A stretch of 32,000 nucleotides of DNA, taken from Chlamydiota bacterium. Lineage in GTDB: Bacteria > Auribacterota > JACPWU01. The notes under the pieces are model-generated. The model was not told the DNA's origin and searched no databases. It worked only from the letters and a program-made list of their open reading frames with translations. Location of the stretch: contig JACPWU010000063.1 in NCBI GenBank assembly GCA_016196885.1, positions 1-32,000 on the forward strand, written 5' to 3'. A program made the translations under genes and the position numbers. Shown here in pieces: positions 17,274 through 25,754 of this stretch (within the stretch, counting starts at the first letter, position 1; the number at the start of each line of letters is the position of its first letter).

Positions 17274-17765
17274 TTAATCTTTATCCTCCAGCTTTTTAAA
17301 AAATTCTTCCGGACTGATGTTCTGGAGGTCTTTCCTAAATTTTTCAACATCTTCTTCTGAAATGGGTCTTTCGATTTTGGGACATTTCTCTAGAACCTTT
17401 TCGTCAATGAAAAGAGGGGTTTGCATGCGTACAGCGATGGCAATGGCATCAGAAGGTCTGGAGTCAATTTCAAAACGTTTGCCGTTTGCCTCAACTTCGA
17501 GAATGGCAAAATAAGTATTGTCTTTTAAATCAGAGACAATGACCTTGTTTAATTTGACTTCGAAAAGTTTAAAAAGATTAACAATCAAATCATGGGTGAT
17601 GGGGCGAGGCAGTTCTGCCCCCTGAAGTTGAAGGGCAATCGAACTGCCTTCGGAGGCACCAATCCAGATGGGAACCAATCGTGCATCTTCAATGGCCTCC
17701 AAAACAATCACATATTGTCCGATTTGGGGGATGAGCATGAGTGAATTGATCTTTGCCTTTTTCAT
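17274..17765 (-). CDS. bifunctional nuclease family protein (DUF151/BFN)
   Basis: PIWIGASEGSSIA, RPITHDL and DSRPSDAIAIAV motifs are characteristic of DUF151. Confidence 0.8.
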   Translation of the reverse strand: MKKAKINSLMLIPQIGQYVIVLEAIEDARLVPIWIGASEGSSIALQLQGAELPRPITHDLIVNLFKLFEVKLNKVIVSDLKDNTYFAILEVEANGKRFEIDSRPSDAIAIAVRMQTPLFIDEKVLEKCPKIERPISEEDVEKFRKDLQNISPEEFFKKLEDKD

Positions 17766-17883
17766 TCTTTTTTGATGTTGCCCTCGCTTTTTAGTATGAA
17801 ATAGTTTCTAACTTAAATCAAGCGAATTTGGCTTGAGGCAAAAACGAATGCGTTTGTATGGGTAAACATATGAAAAAAATATT

Positions 17884-18014
17884 AGGCATATGCACTTGAT
17901 TCCCCTAGTAGTCGCCCGATTCATCGGGCAATCCATGCAAGGGGCACAAGGCTGCCCCATAAATGGGGCGACTACAAATTCTTTCTATCTGAGGGGAATC
18001 AAGTGCATATGCCT
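17884..18014. mobile_element. MITE copy 1 (131 bp, 23-bp perfect TIRs, 10-bp TSD) with REPIN-like core
   Basis: The left TIR aggcatatgcacttgattcccct is exactly the reverse complement of the right end. Flanking direct repeat aaaaaatatt at 17874-17883 and 18015-18024. No ORF inside. Confidence 0.85.
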
Positions 18015-18162
18015 AAAAAATATTTATCCTTTTTATTTTTATTCTTTCATTGGGTCGAGCTTTCTCGGAAGAATTTTTGGTGAATCATGTTCAAAACACC
18101 TTTATGAAGTACCAGAATATGGTTTTTCATCTTATTATCCTGCATCTTGACGGGTGATAAGA

Positions 18163-18363
18163 ATGAGCGATCAGAGGCCTGCGATGCCTGTTTATATTGA
18201 AAGTTATGTGAAGTCTCTTCGGGAGGGGGCCAAGAAATTGAAAGGCTTTCAGCATTTGCGAATGTTTCCGATAGAAATCGGCGGAAATTTGACCATGGAA
18301 TATTCTTATACCTATTGGCGTGAGGCACGTGAAAGAGGTGGAGAGGTTGGTGAAGCATTTTAA
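18163..18363 (+). CDS. possible small protein (66 aa), unknown function
   Basis: ORF with ATG at 18163, followed 8 nt later by an array hairpin, as with other + strand genes here. It competes with an overlapping 116-aa minus-strand ORF. No recognisable motifs. Confidence 0.3.
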   Translation: MSDQRPAMPVYIESYVKSLREGAKKLKGFQHLRMFPIEIGGNLTMEYSYTYWREARERGGEVGEAF

Positions 18364-18370
18364 GTTCCAG

Positions 18371-18412
18371 GGTCGTGAGGGGTGAGACATGACTCACTCC
18401 TCACTCTCACGG
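18371..18412. repeat. heptamer-array hairpin (GTGAGGG family), short loop
   Basis: gtcgtgaggggtgag pairs with ctcactcctcactctcac. TGA at 18376, 18383 and 18390. Confidence 0.8.
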
Positions 18413-18429
18413 TTGTAGTACTTGTAGTA

Positions 18430-18467
18430 AAAAAACGGCCCCTTGATTGCTCAAAGGGCCGTTTTTA
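18430..18467. terminator. bidirectional intrinsic terminator (downstream of the porin gene)
   Basis: aaaaacggccc ... gggccgttttt is a GC stem flanked by an A-run and a T-run. It lies 26 nt beyond the porin stop. Confidence 0.75.
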
Positions 18468-18492
18468 TTTTTAAAAAACCATTCAACAGAAA

Positions 18493-19728
18493 CTAGAACC
18501 GATACAAAAGTTCCGTTGAAAGGGTGTTCTGAGTATCCGTTGCGGTGTCTCCGTCCAAGAAAGATGTGGTATCGGAATCATCATGCCGATATTCCAGACG
18601 ACCCCACAAGCCTTCTACGATCATGTAAGCACCGGTCGCTGTGATTTCCCACAAATCCTGAGCAGTGCCTGTTCTGGCGCCATCTTCATCGGAAAACCAC
18701 TCACCTCTAATGGCCAGATACAAGCGGTCCGTGAAATCATATTTCACATAGCCTGCAAATCCTTGCCATGTGGCATCGAAGGTGCTGGCAATGAATTCTT
18801 CCCCTGTTGTTGCATCTTCTGCAAAGACAGGCACATCCCCTTCCGTTCCATAATCATAGTTAAAGAGGAAGGTCAGTTGCGGCCAGGGTGTGGGCTTCAC
18901 GGTGAGGACTGCATCAATGATTCCGCGGATGTTGCCATCTTCGTCATCTTGTTCAGGTCCAACAGTTCCATTGATTCCCAGTGTCAACCATTCCCAAGGG
19001 CCAAGGGTTAAATTGCCCAAGAATGTTTTTCCATCATTGTTATCTTCGATGTTATCCCAACCGTTCACAACGCCTGCCGTTACACCTAGGTAATCTGTAA
19101 AGGTGTAAGAACCCAAAAGACCCGTGTGTGTGAAAGGAATGGCATAACCAAATAAGAAGCCCCTTGAAAAATTCCAATTGTCCCAAGGTTCGATCACTTC
19201 AGCGCCCAAGAGGGTGACAAATTTTCCACCTTTGAGGGTGAGGCCTTCGATCCAAGGAAAGTTATAATAGATGTAGGCTTGCTGAACGTCGAAATCATCT
19301 CTTGTGGTGCCCACAGGAGTAATGACCTCAGCGGTTTCGAGAAAATCAAGATCTACCCGACCGCCCAAACCCAGTGCTTCAGAGTTTTTCTCAACGGCCA
19401 ATTCAACCATTTCGACGTTGAATGTGTTTGCGTTTGAGTCAAAAACCCTCAATGCATTGGTTCGATCATCTGGGGAATCAAAATTCCATACAGAACTGGA
19501 AGAGATTCCACCGCTGATTTCAATGCCATTCACTACAGAGGCCACGGCACCCCCTTCGGCAGGTGCTGGAGCTCCAGCAGATATCTGAGATTCAAGTTGT
19601 TCAACCCTTTTCTCCAAGAACTCAACCTTTTGCATCAAGGCATCATTCGTCATTTCTGCCGAGACGGGTCGAATTTGCAAGGAGAGAAGGAAAGCCAGAA
19701 CAGTCAAACACGATGCGAACTTCCTCAT
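18493..19728 (-). CDS. outer-membrane beta-barrel porin with N-terminal coiled-coil segment
   Basis: Signal peptide MRKFASCLTVLAFLLSLQIRPVSA. Heptad-like QKVEFLEKRVEQLESQ. Alternating beta-strand pattern. C-terminal ...ELLYRF (terminal Phe OMP signature). Confidence 0.75.
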   Translation of the reverse strand: MRKFASCLTVLAFLLSLQIRPVSAEMTNDALMQKVEFLEKRVEQLESQISAGAPAPAEGGAVASVVNGIEISGGISSSSVWNFDSPDDRTNALRVFDSNANTFNVEMVELAVEKNSEALGLGGRVDLDFLETAEVITPVGTTRDDFDVQQAYIYYNFPWIEGLTLKGGKFVTLLGAEVIEPWDNWNFSRGFLFGYAIPFTHTGLLGSYTFTDYLGVTAGVVNGWDNIEDNNDGKTFLGNLTLGPWEWLTLGINGTVGPEQDDEDGNIRGIIDAVLTVKPTPWPQLTFLFNYDYGTEGDVPVFAEDATTGEEFIASTFDATWQGFAGYVKYDFTDRLYLAIRGEWFSDEDGARTGTAQDLWEITATGAYMIVEGLWGRLEYRHDDSDTTSFLDGDTATDTQNTLSTELLYRF

Positions 19729-19991
19729 ATTCCCCCTCCTTAATCAATGGTTAGACAAACTTATCAAAAACACCACTTTATATTAAGCAAAAATTGTACC
19801 AAGAGACGCTTCTGGGATGATAAAACAATTTTTTATAAGAATTTTCTTTGAATCCTTGTTAAAAATTGCTCATCTTGAGAAAATTCGGCCTTGAAATTTG
19901 CTTATCGAAACCCTTTCAATGTGAAAAGGCGTGTCAAAAACACGTGACAATATAAAAAATCTTATGGTATGAATACAAGGAAATAATTTAT

Positions 19992-20062
19992 AGCCTTCAG
20001 CTTTCAGCATTCAGCTAACAGGGAAAGCAGAGTTTTTGCTGAATGCTGTTTGCTGAACGCTT
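19992..20062. repeat. heptamer-array hairpin (CTTTCAG/CATTCAG units) upstream of pepA
   Basis: agccttcagctttcagcattcagc pairs with gctgaatgctgtttgctgaacgct. Located between divergent genes. Confidence 0.85.
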
Positions 20063-20079
20063 TATGAAAAGGAAAAACT

Positions 20080-21552
20080 ATGCAAATCGAATGTGTCAGT
20101 ACAAAAGAGAGTGCAATCAAAGAATGTGATGCGATTATTCTGGGGGTGACGGAGGGTAAAAAAGATTTAGGTTTTCTTCGCGATTTCTTAAGTGAAAATC
20201 TTGTTAAAAGGATTGAAAAATATTTTACCCGAGCAGGAGCCCCCATTCGTAAAAACGACATTCTTTCTTTTGATGGGGATGGACAAATTATTTACACAGT
20301 GGTTCTTTCCAAAGAGCCCTCCATGGAAAATATTCGCCAGGCTTGTGGGCACACGGTCGACTTTGTTTGTGGCCAAGTCCATCGAAATGTTGCTGTGTTG
20401 GCTGATTCTTTTGGAACGAAGGAAGGAAATCTGACGGATCGTGTGGAGGCAATGGCAGAGGTTATTGACCTGGCCCTTTATCGTTTTGATCCCTTTAAGC
20501 CAAAGGATCAAAAGAGGAAAGATTTAAAAACATGTCAGTTTATCTTTCGCGATGGCAAGGACGTTACGAAAGCGCTCAAGGCCGTTGAAATAGGCAGAAC
20601 AGTCTCTGAAAGTGTCAATTTTACCCGTGACCTGGTCAACACCCCTTCCAATGAACTTCCGCCCCGTGTTTTAGCGGACCGGGCTTCTCAAATGGCGAAG
20701 GAGTGCAATATTTCAATCAAGATTTACGATGAAAAAGAACTTCAGAAAATGAAAATGGGGGGGATTCTCGCCGTTTCTCAGGGAAGTGTTCAGGAGCCTC
20801 GAATGATTGTTCTGGAGTATGGAGATCCAAAGAAGCCGGTAGACTTTGCCTTTGTAGGCAAGGGCGTTACGTTTGACAGTGGCGGGATTTCGATTAAGCC
20901 CAGTGATGGAATGGAAAAGATGAAATATGATATGGCGGGAGGCGCTGCTGTGCTAGGTATTTTGAGAACGGCAGCTAAACTAAGTTTAGATGTTCATATA
21001 GTAGGAATTGTTCCTGCGGCTGAAAATATGCCCAGTGGGGCGGCTTATCGGCCTGGAGATGTGATTTGGATGGGTTCAGGAAAGAGTGTAGAGGTTTTAA
21101 ATACGGATGCCGAGGGACGTTTGCTTTTGGGAGACGGGCTTTTTCTTGCCGAGCGGTATAAGCCTAAAATGGTGGTGGATTTGGCCACATTGACTGGGGC
21201 CTGCGTGGTGGCCTTGGGAACAGTGGTTGTAGCGGTTTTGGGCAATGATCCAAAAGTGATTTTGAAAATTAAGGAGGCCGGTGAGCTTTCGGGAGAACGC
21301 GTTTGGGAACTTCCTCTTTGGGATGATTATTTTGATCAGATTAAAAGTGATGTGGCTGAGATTAAAAATGTGGGAGGTAAAGGAGGTGGGACGATTACAG
21401 CAGCCATGTTTCTCAAGCAGTTTGTGAATTATCCTTGGGCGCATTTGGATATTGCAGGGACGGCCTGGGCGGAAGAAAAGAAGCCTTATTTCCAAAAAGG
21501 GGCAACGGGTGTGGGGGTTAGGTTGCTGACGAAAATGATGAGAAAACAATGA
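20080..21552 (+). CDS. pepA: leucyl aminopeptidase (M17 family)
   Basis: VGKGVTFDSGGISIKP and NTDAEGRLLL catalytic motifs. 490 aa. Confidence 0.92.
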   Translation: MQIECVSTKESAIKECDAIILGVTEGKKDLGFLRDFLSENLVKRIEKYFTRAGAPIRKNDILSFDGDGQIIYTVVLSKEPSMENIRQACGHTVDFVCGQVHRNVAVLADSFGTKEGNLTDRVEAMAEVIDLALYRFDPFKPKDQKRKDLKTCQFIFRDGKDVTKALKAVEIGRTVSESVNFTRDLVNTPSNELPPRVLADRASQMAKECNISIKIYDEKELQKMKMGGILAVSQGSVQEPRMIVLEYGDPKKPVDFAFVGKGVTFDSGGISIKPSDGMEKMKYDMAGGAAVLGILRTAAKLSLDVHIVGIVPAAENMPSGAAYRPGDVIWMGSGKSVEVLNTDAEGRLLLGDGLFLAERYKPKMVVDLATLTGACVVALGTVVVAVLGNDPKVILKIKEAGELSGERVWELPLWDDYFDQIKSDVAEIKNVGGKGGGTITAAMFLKQFVNYPWAHLDIAGTAWAEEKKPYFQKGATGVGVRLLTKMMRKQ

Positions 21553-21644
21553 AGAATGAAGAATGAAGAATGAAAAGTGAAGAGTAGAAAATGAAAAACA
21601 AGGGAAGGTTGCGTTCTTCATTTTTCACTTTTCATTCTTCATTG
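21547..21644. repeat. heptamer-array hairpin (TGAAGAA units) between convergent pepA and the orphan gene
   Basis: caatgaagaatgaa (21547-21560) pairs perfectly with ttcattcttcattg (21631-21644). The stem extends to about 33 bp. TGA at 21550, 21557, 21564, 21571 and 21578. Confidence 0.9.
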
Positions 21645-23182
21645 TTTTTTTCTAGCCAGTTCTTCACATCAAAGCTTGCAGATATGTTGAGCTTGCCCTG
21701 GTCCATTCTTCCATAAGCGAGGATGTTTATCTCGTTGTCGGGATGGACGTAGAGGAGAAAATTCAGGCTTTTTGGAAAAGAGGCGGTCCTTTTTGAAAAT
21801 TCAGAATCGGAGGAGACCTTGCTTTCCTTCGTTTTTTCTATGGCCTTTAGGAAATCTTCTTCTGAATTAAATTGAAGTCCTATCCAGTGCTGTTCCTCTT
21901 GATTCTGAGATTCTTTTAAAAAAGTGCTGTACAAGGATTTTTCCTTCCATTGAATTTGATCACACGAGCTGCCTTCCCTTTTTGAGATTTGCGCCTGATC
22001 GGCCTCTTGGAAAAAGCGGTTGAAATCTAGTCTTGTCTTTGTCCCGTCTTCCCTTTTTAGAGTGGCGACCACGAGGGCCTTTGCCTTTTTCTCTCCAGGG
22101 AAAAAATAGAGACTGACAAGATTTTGAATGTGGGCCAGATAATTTCGGAAGAGGGCAGGGGGACCAGCATTTTCTTCCATGGAAAGAACCTTTTCAATTT
22201 CGACGGGTGTATTGAATGAAATTTTCATCAGACCCAATACATTTTCAGGAGGGTTCGTTTCTAGAAGATTTTGAGTGGGAACAGAATTTTTAAATTGAGA
22301 TTCTAATTTAGATCTTGTCACGGGTTCGATTTGTGTATTCAGGTCCAATTTATTATTTTCAAAATGAAATCTTGTGACGATATGGCGGATTTGGGGGAGA
22401 TTGTTTTCTAGGGATTCAAGGGCCAGACTCAGCAGTTTCGATTTGTCAGAGGAGAGAATGGGGTTCAGTTTCACTTTCAGGCTTTCGAGATCTTCATGAT
22501 AGGCTTCGTAGGCCTGCTGGGTGTTGAGAACCATTTCGCAGTCCATTTTTTCTGAAGACGCTTGGCCTGTCTGGGATGAAAGGAAGATCTCAGGTTGAAA
22601 TCCTTTCAAGATGTTCCGATCTCCTGAAACGATGACGAGACTCCCTCGAAAGGCCACATAATATTGAAAAAGCACTTTCTTTTGGAATTGCATCACATCT
22701 GTCTTGGGGTCTTTTTCAAGAGCTTTTAAATAGGCTTCTCTGTCAAATTGGGTCCTTTCTTCGGTGAATTCCTCAATCGGTTGATCTCGGGTCGCTTCCT
22801 TACGTGTAAAGCCACTCCCTCCAAAAAGTCCTTTTCCAAATCCCATGAGAAAAAGGGCCTTGTCCTTCAAGTGGGCAGAGTAGAGAAAGGGGTTGGGATG
22901 GGTTTTAGGGTCTAAGCGGATGTAGAGAATGTCTTGGGATAAATCAAAACTTTCCATTTTTGTGTTTTTGAAAAAGATGGAGAAAATGAGTCCCGTGAGG
23001 GTTTGGCTCGATCGGCCGATCGGTGATAAAAGGGCGTCTATGTGAGTCAGGGTGTCCGATAGATTTTGGAACGAGATGTAACCCAGGCACGTTTCAGGAA
23101 GGCCCGAGGCGTTCTCGCTTGAAGAGATCGGCGTCCAGGAGCAAAAGAGAAAGTAGAAGATTGGAAGAACGAATTTTTTCAT
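21632..23182 (-). CDS. secreted hypothetical protein (516 aa), no recognisable domain
   Basis: N-terminal signal peptide MKKFVLPIFYFLFCSWTPISSS. Long uninterrupted ORF. No motif I can assign. Confidence 0.75.
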   Translation of the reverse strand: MKKFVLPIFYFLFCSWTPISSSENASGLPETCLGYISFQNLSDTLTHIDALLSPIGRSSQTLTGLIFSIFFKNTKMESFDLSQDILYIRLDPKTHPNPFLYSAHLKDKALFLMGFGKGLFGGSGFTRKEATRDQPIEEFTEERTQFDREAYLKALEKDPKTDVMQFQKKVLFQYYVAFRGSLVIVSGDRNILKGFQPEIFLSSQTGQASSEKMDCEMVLNTQQAYEAYHEDLESLKVKLNPILSSDKSKLLSLALESLENNLPQIRHIVTRFHFENNKLDLNTQIEPVTRSKLESQFKNSVPTQNLLETNPPENVLGLMKISFNTPVEIEKVLSMEENAGPPALFRNYLAHIQNLVSLYFFPGEKKAKALVVATLKREDGTKTRLDFNRFFQEADQAQISKREGSSCDQIQWKEKSLYSTFLKESQNQEEQHWIGLQFNSEEDFLKAIEKTKESKVSSDSEFSKRTASFPKSLNFLLYVHPDNEINILAYGRMDQGKLNISASFDVKNWLEKNNEE

Positions 23183-23239
23183 CCTTGTAAGCTTAATTTA
23201 TATTTGCACTTCTTTCAAGAGTCTCATAAGATTTTGGTG

Positions 23240-24451
23240 ATGATAACGCCCTTTGTGTTCAGTTTTAGTCTTTTCGCATTGTTCATTGCCCTCCTGTATG
23301 TCTTTCTCGTCAAGCGCAGTCAAGTGACGCTGAAGTTGAAGCAGCTTGAGCTCCAGAGTTTCTACGAAAAAGAAAAGGAGATGTTGGATCGGATTATCAA
23401 TGCAGCAAGCGATACCCTTCTGTGTCTGGACCACGATAAGAAAGTCCTTTTCATGAACAAGAAGGGTGAGGAGATGACGGGATGGAAGGTGGAAGAGGTG
23501 ATTGGGAAGGCCTTCTGTCGAGAAGTCATTCGGGTGAGGGATTCGAAGGGTCATCTGATTTGTCATTCCGATTGTCCCTTGGAGAAGGCCTGTACTTTGG
23601 CCTCGAGAGAGGCTGTGTGCGAAGGAATGCTTCTGACAAAGAATGGGGCTCAGGCGTGGGCAGAACTTCGCTACAGTGCCCTGGTGGATTCAAAGGGGCA
23701 TTTGAGCTTTGGCATTTTGACGCTGAGGGATATTTCTCAGTTCAAGAAGGCTGAGCACATGCGTTTGCAATTGACTTCAAATATTGTTCATGAATTAAGA
23801 ACGCCCCTTACGTATATTCGGGGATATGTAGATTTACTTTTGATGAGAAAAGTCGGGGGTCTTTCTGAGGATCAGGAGAAATCCCTTCGGGTGATTCGAG
23901 AAAGTGTTTTTAAATTGATTGCGTTGATTGATAATCTCTTGGAGGTGGCCCGCATTGAAGAAGGTAAGTTTTATTTACGATTTGGTTCTGTCCGTTTAAA
24001 CCATTTGATTCAGAAGGTGGTGGATCTTGCAAAGGTCGAGGCCGATCGGAAAAATATTGTTTTGATTTGGGAAGCCCAAGATTCATTTCCTGAAATTTAT
24101 GCTGATGGAAAGAGATTGGAAGAAGTTTTGATGAATTTATTGAGCAATGGGTTAAAATATACCCACCCGGGAGGGAGGATTGAAATAGCATTGGGTGAAG
24201 AAGACGAGACGGTCTCAATTTTAGTGGCAGATACGGGGATTGGGATTGCTGCGGAATATGTGAAGGGTATTTTCGAGCGATTTGCCAGGCTCGATGATGT
24301 GGATGGCAACAAGCCGGGAGAAGGTGCGGGTCTGGGCTTGAACATTGTAAAGAGAGTGGTCGAGGCACATGGAGGAAAAGTGTGGGTTGAAAGCGAAATG
24401 GGGAAGGGGTCAACTTTTTATGTTCAGATTCCGAAAAGAAATGTAGCATAA
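23240..24451 (+). CDS. sensor histidine kinase (TM - PAS - HisKA - HATPase)
   Basis: TM helix MITPFVFSFSLFALFIALLYVFLV. PAS-like segment with a Cys cluster. H-box HELRTPLTYI. G-boxes DTGIGI and GAGLGLNIVK. Start taken at ATG 23240 (track TTG 23204). Confidence 0.88.
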   Translation: MITPFVFSFSLFALFIALLYVFLVKRSQVTLKLKQLELQSFYEKEKEMLDRIINAASDTLLCLDHDKKVLFMNKKGEEMTGWKVEEVIGKAFCREVIRVRDSKGHLICHSDCPLEKACTLASREAVCEGMLLTKNGAQAWAELRYSALVDSKGHLSFGILTLRDISQFKKAEHMRLQLTSNIVHELRTPLTYIRGYVDLLLMRKVGGLSEDQEKSLRVIRESVFKLIALIDNLLEVARIEEGKFYLRFGSVRLNHLIQKVVDLAKVEADRKNIVLIWEAQDSFPEIYADGKRLEEVLMNLLSNGLKYTHPGGRIEIALGEEDETVSILVADTGIGIAAEYVKGIFERFARLDDVDGNKPGEGAGLGLNIVKRVVEAHGGKVWVESEMGKGSTFYVQIPKRNVA

Positions 24452-24455
24452 CAAT

Positions 24456-24514
24456 GGTGAGAGGTGAGGGGTGAGTTTTAAAAGCATTTGTTTTTACTCA
24501 CCTCTCACCCCTCG
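24456..24514. repeat. heptamer-array hairpin (GGTGAGA/GGTGAGG family)
   Basis: ggtgagaggtgaggggtgag pairs with ctcacctctcacccctc. TGA at 24458, 24465 and 24472. Confidence 0.88.
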
Positions 24515-24542
24515 CGCTTGAATTTAAAAATGGAGGAATGTA

Positions 24543-25664
24543 ATGAGAAAGTTTCTTTTGGTTTTAGCTGTGGGTATGGGGCTGGTGATGGGTTGCGGTA
24601 AAAAAAGTGATGATGTCAAAATAGGTGTTTATGCTTCTTTGACGGGCAATACGGCGACTTTTGGAGAGTCCATGCGCAAAGGAATTGAATTGGCTTTTGA
24701 AGAGATCAATGCTCAGGGTGGACTTCTGGGAAAAAAGGTACGATTGATTGTGGAAGATGATCAGAGTAAACCTGAAGAGGCAAAGACGGCTGTGGTGAAA
24801 CTTATCAAACGCGATCGAGTGGTGGCGGTTTTGGGTGAGGTCGCGAGCTCCCGGAGTCTTGCGGGGGCTCCTGAGTGTCAACGTTCCTCAGTTCCTATGG
24901 TGACCCCGGCATCCACCAATCCAAAAGTCACAGAGATCGGAGATTATATTTTTCGCGTTTGTTTCATTGACCCCTTTCAGGGAGAGGTGATGGCCAAATT
25001 TGCTTATCAGACTTTAGGTTTGAGGAGAGTGGCTGTTTTTACGGATGTCAAAAATGATTACAGTGTGGGTCTGGCGAATTATTTTGAGAAAACTTTTCTT
25101 GAGTTGGGTGGAAAAATAATAGGGGAAGAATCCTATTCGGAAGGGGATATTGAATTTAGGGCACAGTTGACGACGATCAAGAGTCAGAAACCAGAGGCTA
25201 TTTTTATTCCGGGCTATTATACAGAAGTGGGCCTCATTGCCCGTCAGGCGAGAGAACTGGGCTTTCAAGGGCCTTTGCTGGGAGGGGACGGATGGGATTC
25301 ACCGAAGACAGTAGAGATTGGAGGCAGTGCGGTGGAGGGATGTTTTTTTAGCAATCATTATGCCTCTGATGATCCTGCCTCCGTCGTTCAAGATTTTATC
25401 CGCTCTTTTAAGGAGAAGTACGGAGAAGTTCCGGATGCCATGGCCGTTTTGGGGTATGATGCGGCTAGAGTTTTGGCGGATGCGATTCACAGAGCCTCTT
25501 CTTTCCAGGGGGCAAAGATTCGTGAAGCTTTGGCCCAAACCAAAGGCTATGAAGGGGTGTCCGGAAGAGTGACGATAGATCAAAACCGTAACGCGCGAAA
25601 AGCAGCAGTGGTTTTGAAAATCGAAAATGGACGGGTGAAGTTTTTTAAGAGGGTTGAACCGTAA
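24543..25664 (+). CDS. livK: branched-chain amino acid ABC transporter substrate-binding lipoprotein
   Basis: Lipobox LVMGCG. Leu/Ile/Val-binding-protein family sequence (GVYASLTGNTATFGESMRKGIELA...). GGAGG RBS. First gene of the livHMGF cluster. Confidence 0.85.
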   Translation: MRKFLLVLAVGMGLVMGCGKKSDDVKIGVYASLTGNTATFGESMRKGIELAFEEINAQGGLLGKKVRLIVEDDQSKPEEAKTAVVKLIKRDRVVAVLGEVASSRSLAGAPECQRSSVPMVTPASTNPKVTEIGDYIFRVCFIDPFQGEVMAKFAYQTLGLRRVAVFTDVKNDYSVGLANYFEKTFLELGGKIIGEESYSEGDIEFRAQLTTIKSQKPEAIFIPGYYTEVGLIARQARELGFQGPLLGGDGWDSPKTVEIGGSAVEGCFFSNHYASDDPASVVQDFIRSFKEKYGEVPDAMAVLGYDAARVLADAIHRASSFQGAKIREALAQTKGYEGVSGRVTIDQNRNARKAAVVLKIENGRVKFFKRVEP

Positions 25665-25669
25665 AGGCA

Positions 25670-25748
25670 GTTGTGAGGGGTGAGTCGTGAGTGGTGAGTA
25701 AAAAAAAACTCCGTTAAAACTAACCCCTCACGACTCACCCCTCACGAC
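25670..25748. repeat. heptamer-array hairpin (GTGAGGG/GTGAGTC family) between livK and livH
   Basis: gttgtgaggggtgagtcgtgagtggtgag pairs with cccctcacgactcacccctcacgac. TGA at 25674, 25681, 25688 and 25695. Confidence 0.88.
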
Positions 25749-25754
25749 AAATAC

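Noticed and set aside
17890-18150. Track ORFs 17890..18150 (+) and 31091..31468 (+), and the 31001 start of the receiver gene
   Set aside because: They initiate at ATGs created by the CATATG in the MITE terminal repeats and read through repeat sequence or antisense to a kinase gene. They are artefacts of the insertion.
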